Shown here: positions 43,880 to 57,844 of the stretch, piece after piece
Position numbering within the stretch: position 1 is the first letter of the stretch
Layout of the letters: the number at the start of each line of letters is the position of its first letter
Source of the DNA: Octopus vulgaris
Lineage: Eukaryota
Reading direction: 5' to 3'
DNA length: 64,000 bases
Assembly (NCBI GenBank): GCA_951406725.2
Contig: OX597819.1
Location: forward strand, 32,302,001 to 32,366,000
Program-made: the position numbers and the translations under genes
Notes under the pieces: generated by a model
Database searches by the model: none
Told to the model about the DNA's origin: nothing
The model's input: the letters and a program-made list of their open reading frames with translations, nothing else

Positions 43880-44330
43880 TCCTCAGGCTTAATCGCAGTA
43901 CAAGAACAAGACCAGATAAGTTTTAAAGACACTAGTATAACATAAGATGATCATTATTATGGTATAAATTTCAGGAGACTGTTCACACAAAGAAGTACTG
44001 AATATATTCGAACGTTAGTAAGATACATGCATTGATATTGATACCAATATGCATGCATTCATATTCATACCAATGCTAATTGAAGCACTAGGTTTTGTTA
44101 GTAAATGCTTAAAGGAGAGACTGGATAAACTGGGATTTTCTGAAAGAGAACTTGACCGGCTGATTCGTACATTACAAGTCTAATCTGTGAGTGGAACACT
44201 AAAAATATGCAAGACTTTTCTCAAGATCCAAATGCGAATTTGTCTGTGTTAACTACATCCCAAAGGTGGAACCTTGTATCTTTGTTGGAAACCGACTCAC
44301 TCCTCAGTGGAAGATTTATAATAATTAAAA
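43880..44330 (+). pseudogene. Decayed R4-type 3' fragment
   Basis: GLIAVQEQ, IPMLIEALGFVSKCLKERLDKLGFSE, SVSGTLKICKTFLK parallel 57138-57345. Confidence 0.6.
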
Positions 44331-44658
44331 AATAGTAGGCTGATGTAACATGATGGTAGGCTCTTGTAGTCTGAGAAAGATGGTTCTGCAATTTCTTGCC
44401 AAACAACCTGCACAAATGATTTGTTTACTGGGTTCAAATTTTTTGTGCTGTACAATCGTCCATTTTCTTAACCAAATCGACGTTGCCTGAACAGGCACAT
44501 GGTGTACCATACATCACGTGTCGAAATGAACGGAGAGCAACGTGAGTTGAAGTGTTTTGCTCATGAACAAAATACACCACTCGGTTCAGGAACTGAAACC
44601 ACGATCTCTCGGGCGTGAATGCAACAGTTTAACCTCTTGGCCATCGTCCACACACACA

Positions 44659-44732
<74 letters not shown>

Positions 44733-45258
44733 TAGGTATTTTGCACGCTCGCGCACGCGTGTATGTAGTGTGTGTTTGTTTGTGCGTGCATGTGTGCATG
44801 TGTGTGTGTGTGTGTATGTGGGAGTAATCTACGTAAAAATATAAGCAATCTAGAGTTTGACTTCCATTTACGCTAAAACACTTTTAGATCTAAACAAAGG
44901 TTGTCTAAGACACGTGGTTGATGTCCTCCTTGAATAATTACAACATGTTGGCAAAGGTTGCAGGAAAAAATGTATAAATAAACATGAGTAGGAAAGAATG
45001 TCGCAGTTTAATTAGTGCAGGAATTGATAGGAAAAACAAAAAAAATATGGGTTAAGAAAAGATGAGAGATGAATGAACGACATAATCATGGGAACTTGAA
45101 TGGAGAAAGCAAAAACTTCAGTAGAGGCCACAATTGTAGAGGCAGAAAAAGCAGCGTGAAGATAAAGTATATCTTCGGGTCAAAGACTGGGTTTGAAACA
45201 CTATTCTTTCACCAATAAATTAGATTAGCATTAGATTAGTGTAGAGGCTACAAGTAGT

Positions 45259-45761
45259 CTTCTTCTTCTTCTTCTTCTTCCAATCAGGACTCACGCCATT
45301 AGCCACAAAGTATAATCTCTAATTCGAGCCTACTCTAAGCTACTAAGAAAGCGCGCGGCAACTTGAAGATCCACCCACCACACGCGATAGACTAGCGGTT
45401 GCACAGGCGCGAAAGCTACGTTGTTATCCTCATTACGTAAGCGGTGGCTTTTAACGGGTGGAGAGGTGAGCCATCCTGGGGTACAGAGGATTCGCAATCT
45501 AAACTAGGGTCTGAAAGTTTACGACACCATAGTGGGTTACACCATGGCTCCTCTGCTTTGTGGCATAAGTATGAAGAAAGAGCGAGAGAAAGTTGTGGTG
45601 AAAGAGTACGGCGGGGTTCACCACCCCTCCCCGCCGGAGCCTCGTGGGACTTAGGTGTTTTTAGTCAATAAACACTCACAATGTCCGGTCTGGGAATCGA
45701 AACCGCGTTCTTACGACCGCGAGCCCGCTGCCCTAACCCCTTGGGCCATTGTACCTCCACA
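45259..45761 (-). mobile_element. Long SINE: family D-like head, distinct body, (GAA)n tail
   Basis: Head at about 45690-45761; CTT repeats at 45259-45280. Confidence 0.65.
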
Positions 45762-46011
45762 CTGTAGTAGTGGTATAAAAACCAGCGTGAAGAAATAGTG
45801 CATCCCTGGGCCAAAAGACTGGGTTTGATTCTATTTGTTCTGCTAGCCATAATAAACATTAGATAGATAAGCGTGTCGGCTGGAAGTGTTTTCTGTTGCT
45901 AATCGGGCATAATATGAATTTTTTCAAATGTCTGAGTAAATAATAAAATGTGCTTATTGTATTATGTCGAATTTATAATAAAGCATATATATATATATAT
46001 ATATATAAAGC

Positions 46012-46042
<31 letters not shown>

Positions 46043-46569
46043 TATTTCATTCTGTATTTTGTAGCCAAACATCTTACTCTCCGTCATGTTGTCTCGGGCG
46101 CTCTTAAGCCACTTTTAGATATTATTTAGCGTCAGCTCTCTCTCAAGATCAGATTATGTTTTTAGTTTTATAAAAGTATACAAAATGCTCTCCAAAATTA
46201 TATTAAATCAATCTAACAAAAAAACGAAACACTTTTTAGAACGTCATTTTGTATGGGTGATAGACTTAATACGTTGCCCGACTTAGAACCGCCAACTGAT
46301 TCCTGGATATCTTTTGTGGCGCCCGGATTAAAACCGCCAACTGGTCCCTGGATATCTCTTAGTGGAGTTCTTTAAGCTGCAAGCATTCAGGCCAGGACTC
46401 AAGTCTGAGAATAGCATTTTTTTTCCTTTCCTCCACCAGACATACAGACCACAGCTCTCCCTCGCCAAAAGAAACCAAATCATTAAATAGTGTGTGTGTG
46501 TGTGTGTGTATGTGTGTGTGTACATGTGTATATGTGTGTGTGGGTTTGTGTGTGTATGTTGTGTGTGAA

Positions 46570-47035
46570 GTGGGAAGCTGGCAGAAACGTTATAAGCCGG
46601 GCGAAATGCTTAGCGGTATTTCGTCTGCCGCTACGTTCTGAGTTCAAATTACGCCAAGGACAACTTTGCCTTTCATCCTTTCGGGGTCGATTAAATAAGT
46701 ACCAGTTTCGCACTGGGGGCGATATAAGCGACTTAATCCGTTTGTCTGTCCTTGTTTGTCCCTTCTGTGTTTAGCCCCTTGTGGGTTGTAAAGAAATAGG
46801 TATTTCGTCTGCCGCTACGCTCTGAGTACAAATTACGCCGAGGCAAAATATTTTGGGGCATTTCGTCCGTCATTACATTCTGGGTTCAAATTCTGTCTAT
46901 GTCGACTTTATCTTTTATCCTTTTACGGGAGTCGATAAAATAAGTACCATTTGAGTATTTGGGTTGGGGGGATGTCAATGTAATCGCCTTACACCATTCC
47001 CATTGTGGCTGGCCTTGTGCCAAAATTCGAAACCA
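46570..47035 (+). mobile_element. Family A SINE cluster
   Basis: Repeated family A head and core blocks. Confidence 0.75.
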
Positions 47036-47350
47036 GTAATGTGAATGTGTTTGTACTTCTGTATTTCTGTAGCACATTTATTCATAAACATTCCCAGTGC
47101 CAAAAATAGATATAGTATTACACTGCCGTTGATTGCCGTACGCCGACGACAGGTCAATACCTAGAAACTGCAGTCCGTGCGTATCACTTAGGTTGACGAG
47201 GGCGGGATGACCTCCCTTTGCAAATACCATAAGAGCACAGAAAGTGTGCCTAAAGCCAGCTGGAGACGATGTTCTCCTGGGGCTACAAGCTACAGTAACA
47301 CCCACCCTTAGTGGTTAGCCATATTGAGATGGCTAGTATACCTCACGTTG

Positions 47351-47379
<29 letters not shown>

Positions 47380-47381
<2 letters not shown>

Positions 47382-47765
47382 CTTTTATTTGTTTCAGACT
47401 GCGGTCATGCTACGACACCGCCTTCAAGAAATTAAGTCGAATGAATCGACCGCAGTACTTATTTTATCGGGGACCTAAACACGTCAACACCGGTTTTCAA
47501 GTGGCGGTGGAGGACAGACACAAATACACACACACACATACACACGCTCGCACACGTGCACAGATGCGCGCACGTACACACGCACACACCACACATACAC
47601 ACACGAGGGCTTCTATCAGTTTCCGTCTACCAAACCCACTCTTTGGTTGGTCGGCCCGACGCTATAGGAGAAGAGACTTGCCAAAAGACTCCATGCAGTG
47701 GGACTGAACCCGGAACGACGTGGTTGGGAAGCAAGCTTATTAGCATACAGACAAACCTTCACCTA
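47380..47765 (-). mobile_element. SINE family B, diverged
   Basis: Reverse complement of family B. Confidence 0.7.
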
Positions 47766-47769
47766 TATA

Positions 47770-48242
47770 TATATTGAGAAAAAAGTTGTCAGAATTTTGG
47801 AAAAAAAATCTTTTTATTTCTTCGTTATTATTAGAGCTTTCGGTCCTTTCTCGAACTTGTCAAATAAAATTTTGTGAATGTAAAAGCAGCTTGTTCATTT
47901 ATATAAAACAGATGTTTTTGGGGGATTTGTTTGGAAGAGAACACTGTCTTTGATTTTTTTTGGTGTGTGTGTGTGTGTGGGGGGGGGGGTAAGGTTCCAT
48001 GACAATGGAGATGGATAGATAGAAATATACGTAGGTAGATAGACCGATAGATAGATAGATAGTCAGACAGATAGACATATAGGTAGAAGAAGAGAGAAAA
48101 AAGGAGTATCTCCTTTCCTATTCGCCATTTATTTATACATTTATTTATTTACATATTTATTTAGTTCTTTACCATTGTAAAGGACTAAATACATAATCGA
48201 AAGGTGAATAGGGAGGGGATACCCTTCTCTCCCTCCCTCTAC

Positions 48243-48283
<41 letters not shown>

Positions 48284-48402
48284 AGCCTATCTGCCTACCC
48301 ATATTTCTATCTATCCATCTCCATTGTCATGGAACCTCACCCAAAAAGACAAAAACAATGTTCTCCTCTAAGCCCCCCTTCTCTCCCTCCCTCTACCTAT
48401 CC

Positions 48403-48485
<83 letters not shown>

Positions 48486-48737
48486 AGCCTATCTACCTAC
48501 CCATATTTCTATCTATCCATCTCCATTGTCATGGAACCTAACCCAAAAAGACAAAAACAATGTTCTCCTCTAAGCAAAACCCCACCAAAAACATCTGTTT
48601 TATATAAATGAACAAGTTATTTGTACATCTACAAAATTTTATTTGCCAATTTCGAGAGAGGAACAAAAGCGCTAATAATAAAGAAGAAATAAAAAGGTTT
48701 TTTTCCCAAAATTCTGACGCCTTTTTTATTCAGTATC
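47770..48737. mobile_element. Long-TIR (fold-back) element, ~290-bp diverged arms, with internal tandem duplication
   Basis: CTTGTTCATTTATATAAAACAGATGTTTTTGG and GGTTCCATGACAATGGAGATGGATAGATAGAAATAT both recur inverted; about 48225-48373 is duplicated at about 48378-48574. Confidence 0.7.
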
Positions 48738-48794
48738 CAATTTCTGTACATCACACCTAACACTCTTTCTCTCTCTCTCTTTCTATACATATAT

Positions 48795-48847
<53 letters not shown>

Positions 48848-48863
48848 TATATATATAGAGATT

Positions 48864-48919
<56 letters not shown>

Positions 48920-48927
48920 CAGACAGT

Positions 48928-49262
48928 GAAGGCGCATGGCTCAGTGGTTAGAGTATAGGGCCCACAATCATGAAGTAGGAATATCGATTCCCGGATCGGG
49001 CTGCGTGTTGTGATCTTGTGCAAGACACTTTATTTGACGTTGTTCCAGTTCACTCGGCTGTAGAAATGAGTTGCGAAGTCACTGGTGCCAAGCTGTATTG
49101 GTCTTTGCCTTTCCCTTGGACAATATCGGTGGTTTGAAAAGGAGAGGCTGGTATGCATGGGTAAATGCTGGTCTTCGATAGACAACCTTGTCCTGACTTG
49201 TGCTTGGAGGATAACTCTTTAGGTGCAATCCCTTGGTCATTTATAACCGAAGGGAGTCCTTC
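48928..49262 (+). mobile_element. SINE family C inserted in (GATA)n
   Basis: Homologous to 2309-2645. Confidence 0.8.
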
Positions 49263-49263
49263 T

Positions 49264-49354
<91 letters not shown>

Positions 49355-49355
49355 T

Positions 49356-49416
<61 letters not shown>

Positions 49417-50059
49417 CAAGATATACATTCATAGATATAAATAAATATATATATGTATATATATATGCATACACACTCACACACACATACATACAAACAT
49501 ATTCGTCGTACAGTATAAGTCGTATATACATTATTTCCGAATAAAAGACAACGTGATCACGGCTAGAGCGCATTTAATCATAAGGCTCCTCAATCAACAC
49601 TGACATAAATCTAATCTTAATCATCATCATCTTCTATAATAACAATCACATATAAACATAGACATATTAATCTGGAAATAGACAACATAGGAAAGCAGAA
49701 GCAAGTGTTCACGATACACTTGGCTACGGTCATTTCATACACTATTATACATATTTTACTCTCGAATATTATATGAACCTCTGTCATTCAATCAAAACAC
49801 GTAACGTTGTTTAACATATAATTTTGTGTAATGTTGTTTTGAATCTCTGATAGTATGATGTAAAATGCTGTTATTATTTCCTAATATATATATCATTATC
49901 ATATCTGTATAAATGAACTTTGAACATTTCTATGGCATTTTATTTCTTTCCTTTCCTCATCGATGGAAGAAAATCTTGTTAATGTAAGAAATAGTTGCTG
50001 TTGGTATTATTCTTACTATCATTATTATCATTATTATCTCTATTAGTATTATTGCATAG

Positions 50060-50095
<36 letters not shown>

Positions 50096-50220
50096 AATGT
50101 GTTTTGAAAAGAAAAGGTCAGACGGACATCACACCTCGTCATTATCAATTTAAATTTTCGTCTATCGCCGAAGTAGCAGCTCAGGATATCGACAGAAATA
50201 GTTATGTGTAAAGGTTAGTA

Positions 50221-50305
<85 letters not shown>

Positions 50306-50339
50306 ATTTCTACTACTGTACCGATAGCAATAGTAATAA

Positions 50340-50695
50340 TAGTTTCTAATTTTGGTGCAAGGCCAACAATTTCGAAGGAATGGAAAGATCGATTACATCG
50401 ACTCCGGCGGGAATTGAACCCGGAGCGTAAAGAACGGAATGAACTACATCGCGGTAAAGATTCTGCCAGCTCACTGCCTCAGTAATAATGGTTACAAATT
50501 TTGGCACAAGGCCAGCAATCTTAGGGGAAGGGGTAAATCGATGTCATCGACTCCGGTGCTTGACCAGTACTTACTTTCATACATGAAGTGATGAAAGTCA
50601 ACGTTGACCTCGGCGGATTTTTGAATTCGATATATAAAAACGGAAGAAATGCCGCTAATGTCCGGCGAGCTAACGATTCTGCCGGCTCGCTGCTT
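50340..50695 (-). mobile_element. Two diverged family A SINEs
   Basis: Reverse-complement head (CTAACGATTCTGCC.GCTCGC) and tail blocks. Confidence 0.6.
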
Positions 50696-50770
50696 CGATA
50701 ACAACAAGCATCATCATCATCATCATCAACAACGACAACAACAACAACAATAATAATATCAGCCGGATAA

Positions 50771-50844
50771 TCATGATGAATATATTGGGCTTCGTATATT
50801 TGTACACCAGTGTCACTTTGATGACATGCGCTGCTCGCTCACTC
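50771..50844 (+). mobile_element. 3'-terminal piece of the (AAT)n-embedded element
   Basis: ...GCTCGCTCACTC followed by (AAT)n. Confidence 0.75.
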
Positions 50845-50868
50845 AATAATAATAATAATAATAATAAT

Positions 50869-50961
<93 letters not shown>

Positions 50962-50965
50962 CAAT

Positions 50966-51418
50966 GCTGTGATGCAATACCAGGCACGGGTTCTCATAGC
51001 TTTTGATTTTCACTGATTGGAAGTGTTATCATGTACATATTTTGTCTTGCTGTAAAAGATGGGGACAATATGTGCATCTCTGATCATGAGCAGAAGTAGT
51101 AAGGGAGCATCATAGCCATGTTTTGAGAGAAATTCCTTGGGGTTTAAATAACTCACCCCTGGAAACATGGGTGTTTCATTCATCATCCTGAAACAAACCA
51201 TAGCGGGATGAATTACTCGACCTGAAGAAAATTCCAACTGGACATCATCTGCAAGGTTGTGCGCTGTTTCTCTTGGTATAAAGTCACCTTGTTGCACATC
51301 TGGGTGTGATGCATGTTCCTGGTGTAACCTTATCAGAGAGGAAGTCATAATAGGTATACTGGGTTTCGTATATTTGTGCCCCTATCTCACTTCGATGGCA
51401 TGCGCTGCTCTCTCACTC
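50966..51418 (+). mobile_element. Older copy of the (AAT)n-embedded element with internal deletion
   Basis: Both termini recognisable; preceded by (AAT)n. Confidence 0.8.
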
Positions 51419-51830
51419 AATGATAAAAAAACAATAATTATTGTAATTTTGTTTTAATAGAGATTTGTGTTATCATTCAACGGGACTAGTTGAATCACAC
51501 ATACACAATCACACATACACATATACACATACATATACACACACACACACTTACTGGGGCCGTGTGTGGCAGTGAGTGCGTGTGTATATTTAATAAAGAG
51601 TTTACTGAACTCCATATTAAAGTTTTGTTGGCGCCCAAGGTGTTCCAAGATGTTCGGAGAGGAGAAACGAAATGGGTGCATTCTACTTGCCTAAAGAAGC
51701 TTTAAATAATGTGAAGCTGTTATTAAATCCATGTAACTCTAGCCAAGTGTGTTGAGTTTCTTTTTGAGTTTCTTTTCACTCATATATACCTATACCTAAA
51801 CATTCTTGATAGGAGCTAATATAACATGAA

Positions 51831-52180
51831 CTAGCACCATGACCCGGCAACACCGGGTCATAGTGCTAGTGCATGCATATACAGCTGCGAGCGTGCGCAC
51901 ATACACGCGAGTACTGTCCAAATCTCTGACCAATCACATACAACTAGCTGGCATTCAATTGGTGTATCAAGTTTCGGGTATTTTGATTGGGTTTTGGATA
52001 GAAAATTCACAAAAAAGTCACTTCTATTGATTTTTAATGACTGGGGAAATGTAAAGATGTGCACCACCACCCTTGGACGGTTTTGAATGACCATAGAAAG
52101 TGCGAGCCCTCTAACTGAAAAATTGTGGATTTGTATAAAGGACACACACGCAGACATTTTGCCGTTTATATATATAGAGA
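51831..52180 (-). mobile_element. Non-autonomous Helitron
   Basis: Minus strand A|TC...CTAG|T with subterminal hairpin GACCCGG-5nt-CCGGGTC; no TSD. Confidence 0.7.
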
Positions 52181-53204
52181 TTATCTTACTAATTTACTGA
52201 AGAAATCTAAAATGAAATTGCCTACTATAGAAGACTATTTCACTTCCGCTAATTGTTAAGCCGTTTCCTTTAATTTTACACCTCATACTTCTGATTGCAA
52301 GCTGTATTCAAGAGTTAGGTCATGGCAAATGTACAAAAATTAACTAAGCTCACCGCCTCACCGCCTCACCGCACACCGAAAATACTACTATAAGGCACTG
52401 CGAAAACATTTTATGATCGATACTGTCGTTACAAGAGAAAATAGAAAGCTTAACCAATATCCTAGACATATGCACTACTCAGACAGAGCTGTACTCGGTT
52501 GAGCACTGAAAGCATGCAAGAAAAATAATAGTAATAATAACGGTTTCAAATTATGGCACAAAGATGGTGGTGACGATGATGATGATGATGATGATGATGA
52601 AGAGCATGATGATGATGATTACATTATCGGTTCAGGGAGTAAAACTTTGTAGCGAATATATAGATCTGATGGAATCTGTCGCAGTTGATATACAGGTAAA
52701 TGATATACTTAAAACCCTTCAAAATTAAGTAATGAACGTCAAAGAAGAAGGAAAACATCGCCATTTTCTATACATCTAGTACTACTGTTGTGTGTTCCTC
52801 CCAACAGCAAACTCATTATATATTTTGTCGCGGCCATTTATTTCATGGTAGCATAACCAACAGACTAAGCTAACTAGAAATTGGATTTTCAATTGGTTAC
52901 AAACCACGAACGTCGAAGCTTTCACATATAAGAATTTTATGATGTTCTTTCCTTTTATCTAATAACTTTAGTCGACATCTAATTCTTGGTTGACAGTTTG
53001 TGGCTTTCAGCAAAAGACAGAAATTATCTTCACACTTTAATCAATGGCTGAGAAGGTATATTAATACAAACATACATACGTATATATATATATGCATATA
53101 TATATAAATATGTATGTATATATGTGTGTGTGCGTGTATACCGATAGAAATACATGGATATATATATATGTGTATATATATATATATATACGTATATATA
53201 TATA

Positions 53205-53253
<49 letters not shown>

Positions 53254-53511
53254 CACATATATATATATATATATATACAAATAAATATATATACATATGT
53301 ATACATATATATATATATGTGTATGTATATATACATATATATATATATTTGAACAATTGAGGTAAATAATTATATATATTTATACATAAGGCGAATTCAA
53401 ATTATTACATTATATAAAGGTTAGATGTATATATATATATATATATATATACTCACAAAGTTTGGTATATATATACGTATAAGATATATATACAAATAAA
53501 TATATATACAT

Positions 53512-53568
<57 letters not shown>

Positions 53569-53689
53569 CATACATACATGTATATGTACATATACATACA
53601 TACATGTATATATAGATCGAGAGAAAGAGAGACAGAGAGGGGGGAGGATATTATTTGCTCTTTGAAATGTCTTCGTTTTGCAACAAATA

Positions 53690-53870
53690 TCAAATGCAAG
53701 AATTATTATTTCGATATTCAATATTGCCCAATTAAAGTAATCTAAATATTCCATGTAAAAATTAACAAAAGCCTTATGCACCAAACTAGCAATACAAATT
53801 TCATACTGTAGTTAAAGTATTTACCAAAAAATCATACCAATTACCAACATATGTATGAAAAACTTACACG
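53690..53870 (-). pseudogene. Possible decayed Penelope-like RT fragment
   Basis: AFVNFYMEYLD resembles the PLE motif LANFFME.FE. Confidence 0.3.
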
Positions 53871-54026
53871 CATTGTCTATCTATGTCTATCTATCTCTTT
53901 CTCTCTTCTTCTCTCTCTCTCTTTCTCTCTATGTACACACTCACACACACACACACACGCACACATATACATACATAGATACATAAATACATAGATACAT
54001 AGATACATAGATACATACATACAAAC

Positions 54027-54080
<54 letters not shown>

Positions 54081-54124
54081 TTAGATAGATAGATAGACAA
54101 ACACACACACTCACATATATACAT

Positions 54125-54287
54125 AGGCGCAAGCTCGACGGTGTGGTAAGACACTTGCTTCCCAACCACATGGTTCCGGTTTCAGTTCCACTACGTGACC
54201 CCTTGGACAGATGTCTTCTACTATAGCCTCGGGCCAACCAAAGAGATGTGAGTGGATTTGGTAGAAGGAAACTTAAAGAAGCTTGTC

Positions 54288-54335
<48 letters not shown>

Positions 54336-54472
54336 CTGTGTTTATGCCTGTGTTTGTCCGTCTACCATCACTTGACAATCGATCTTGGTGTGTTTACGTC
54401 TTCGACTAAAATGCGTTGCTCCAGCAAGGCCACAGTCAAAATAGCTGACACAAGTAAATGAATAAAAGAATA
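54125..54472 (+). mobile_element. SINE family B
   Basis: Head, body, internal TA tract and tail. Confidence 0.8.
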
Positions 54473-56203
54473 AGGGAATATATGTATATATATATAAATA
54501 TATGCGTATGTGCATGCATCCATACTTCCCACTCACGTGTGCGCTCACACACTCACATATACAAGCGCGTGCATATATTTGTACTTGGAATCTTGCCTTT
54601 TGAAATATATGCATTTATATTAGCAATCTGTTTATCATACTTAAAGCATATATACTGTTGAAAGCTTTTTAAACTTCGGCGTTCGTCTCGAGAAAGTATC
54701 ACTTATAAACGTATAAAGCATGCATAAGAGGTGATTTCTCGGAACGAAACAACAAAATTTAGAAAGCTTTCGACAGTCTACATGCTTTAAGAATGAGATA
54801 TATAGATCGCTAATTTGAATTAATACCACTTCCCTCTGCAATAACGAATATATACATTTATGCATCTTAAACATAGCATCGCAACTTTTGCCGTACCTTG
54901 TTTGCACCGAGGAAGTAGTTGATAAATTGATACCGAATGCAGATAATATGTTATTTTGCTTATTTCTTTGGTCTTTTTCGCATTAACTCAGATATAAATC
55001 GTAAAGCGTCCTTGGAAATTTCGAATTTATGGGGAAAAATCTTTCAATGAAAGGGTTAAAGTAAGGCAATTATATTATAAATTAAAGAATGTAAGGTTGG
55101 AATGGAATAGCTCGAGGCTAGCGGATAGAAAGAAATTAATTCATTAAGATACATTAGTTTCATTGGAAACTGCCCAATATTCTTGATTGGTTGCCTTAGA
55201 AGCAATTTAGCAACTGTTAATAGAATAGTTTTAGTTATGGGGAGAGGGATATAAGAAGATTTATAAAAAAAAAATATCCACTTCTGTTGCGCTGTCAATG
55301 CTGAACGACCATACAGAAAGCAGTTGCGTCCAACTGTATATAATTAATACTACATGTCTGTTAGTCTTTTAATGCTTAGTATTTTACCTTTGCTATTAAC
55401 TTCTGCATCTAACTGAGATCTCTATGAAGCCACCGTTCAATGTATGTAGCAGGCTACTTGTATATGATAATAAAGAAACACTTATTTCTTATATAAAGAA
55501 ATTGGATATAAAGATTTCGGTAAGAAGAATTTTTAAAAAAAAGAAGATAAATAACATGTTACATATAAAATGCAAAGCACTGAGCGGTTTATATAAAACG
55601 GATGATATAAAGACTTAGATATAAATTTGAGTTAGATAAAAGGATTCGGCAATAAAGATTTCACTGTAAGAAAGTGGATATAAAGAGTTATATAGATTGA
55701 GAAAGGAATAAAACGTTAGACATAAAAAGTGTGAGGTAAAAAAACAAAAAAAAAACAAACGAACGAAACAATATAGAAATGGTATATATAATGAGTCAGC
55801 TATAACGAGTGAGCTATTTATTGAAGAAAATGATTTGAATGTCGGTTTGCAGCTCAATGTACAGAGGATAGATTAATAACTGTTGCATGGGTGATAGTAT
55901 TTATAAAGAGAAGCCAAAGTAAAGTGTTCAAACCATGAGTAAAAACCTGGAAGCAGAGGTAAAATAAGGGTTAAGGGGTCTTTGCATTGATTTTGTGAAG
56001 GGACTAAAATTTACCACATTCTGAATCAAAATTAATAGAATGAACACTTTTCATGTATTTTTTCCTATTAATTTACAAATGATCATCAATATCAAAGGCG
56101 GTGTTGAAGGCGGCGAGCTGACCGGATCATTACCATGCCGGAAAAAAATGCTTAGCGGCATTTCTTCCGATTTTACTTTCAGAGCTCAAATTCTACCAAT
56201 GAT

Positions 56204-56797
56204 TCCAGGTATAAACCTGAACTTGTAATCTGGATACAGTAACTACTGCTTTCTCAATAGTTCAGCATAGGTGTTCTATTTTTCACTGACCTTCAGCTTT
56301 ATGTTAACATATTTTCCACATCTGCGCAGTTAATTTCCACAACTGTGCACAGTTTCTCTTCACTGTCCCACATCCTTATATCAGGTCTCTCGTGATTACA
56401 TTATATAGAGGTCTTCACTGGTACATTCCACCAGTATTCCTTTTCATTATGAGTGGCTATGGCTTCTACCATATTGTAGGTTTTTATTTCTTTGTCCTCA
56501 CGATTATCCTTCCAACAGATTTCATTATAGAGCGTCCTAGCTACAACGTCATGTCTCAACGTTAGATAAGACCGTGATGACATTTCTGGACAACTGCTTA
56601 TGATGTAGGTGATATCTTCAGTGTGAACTCTAGAAAGTCTGCATCGGTTGTCACATTTTACGGCTTTTCCCGCATCTCTATCCCTTTTGTGCATCAGGTA
56701 CTTGGTTGATATTTCCTGTTTCTGGATTGCAAACGCATACCTTTCAAAGTGGGAGGTAGTAATCCAGCTTTTCGTCCATGAAAAACTGCTTTGATGT
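56204..56797 (-). pseudogene. R4-type fragment (CCHC knuckle and REL)
   Basis: FAIQKQEISTKYL, CRLS.....DITYIISSC, RHDVVA, YWWNVPV, RPDI, LLYPDYKFRFIP. Confidence 0.8.
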
Positions 56798-57137
56798 ATG
56801 CGCGCATATGTGTATGTGTGTATGTATGTATATATGTATGTATGCATGCATATATGTGCAATTTTTGAAAAACGTAGAAAAAGAGCAGCCAGACGCTACC
56901 GTGGTTTTATGACAAGAGGCTTGCTTCCCAACCATATAGTTCTTGGTTTAGTCCCACTGCGTGGCACTTTAGACAAGTGTATTCTACAATAGCTTCGGGT
57001 CGACCAAATGTGAGGGGATTTGGTAGACAGAAACTGAAAAAGCACATCGTATGTATGTATGTATGTATGTATGTATGTATGTATGGATGGATGGATGGAT
57101 GGATGGATGGATGGATGGATGGATGTATGCATGTATG

Positions 57138-57690
57138 AGAAAACTGTAGTTACTGTATCCAGATTACAAGTTCAGGTTTATACCTGTAATTAATGGGGCC
57201 CTGGGATATGTAACATACTGCTTAAATACCAATCTTGAGAAATTAGGCTTCTCAAAACCAGAAAGGAGAAAGCTAATTCGAAGACTACAGATCCAATCCA
57301 TCACCGGAACTGTAAAATTCTGTAAAACATTCCAGAAGTTTATCATTTAAATATATATGAGCTTGTCTAGATGTGTAACTATATGCATGAGAATACATAC
57401 ATAAACTATACAAATCTGCACATACATACATACATACATACATACATACATACATACATACATACATACATACATACAAACATACATACATACAAACATA
57501 CATACATACAAACATACATACATACATACATACATACAAACATACATACATACATGCACATACATACATACATACATACATACATACATTCAAAAATACC
57601 CTGTTGTTGATGTTGAAATTCCGATGAAGGAACCTTGAAATCGATTCTTTCTCTATTGGCAAGAAATCTTAAAATAAACTGAATAATGAT
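57138..57690 (+). mobile_element. R4-type 3' end (ORF terminus and 3' UTR) associated with (CATA)n
   Basis: LLYPDYKFRFIPVINGALGYV...GTVKFCKTFQKFII stop; ends AATAATGAT then ATACATACATAC. Confidence 0.7.
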
Positions 57691-57751
57691 ATACATACAT
57701 ACACGCGCACTTACATATAAACATACGTACACACTTACATATAAACATACG

Positions 57752-57821
<70 letters not shown>

Positions 57822-57844
57822 CATACATACATACTACATAAATA

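Noticed and set aside
52636-52695. 60-nt AG..GT micro-exon (GVKLCSEYIDLMESVAVDIQ)
   Set aside because: Weak polypyrimidine tract and no recognisable homology.
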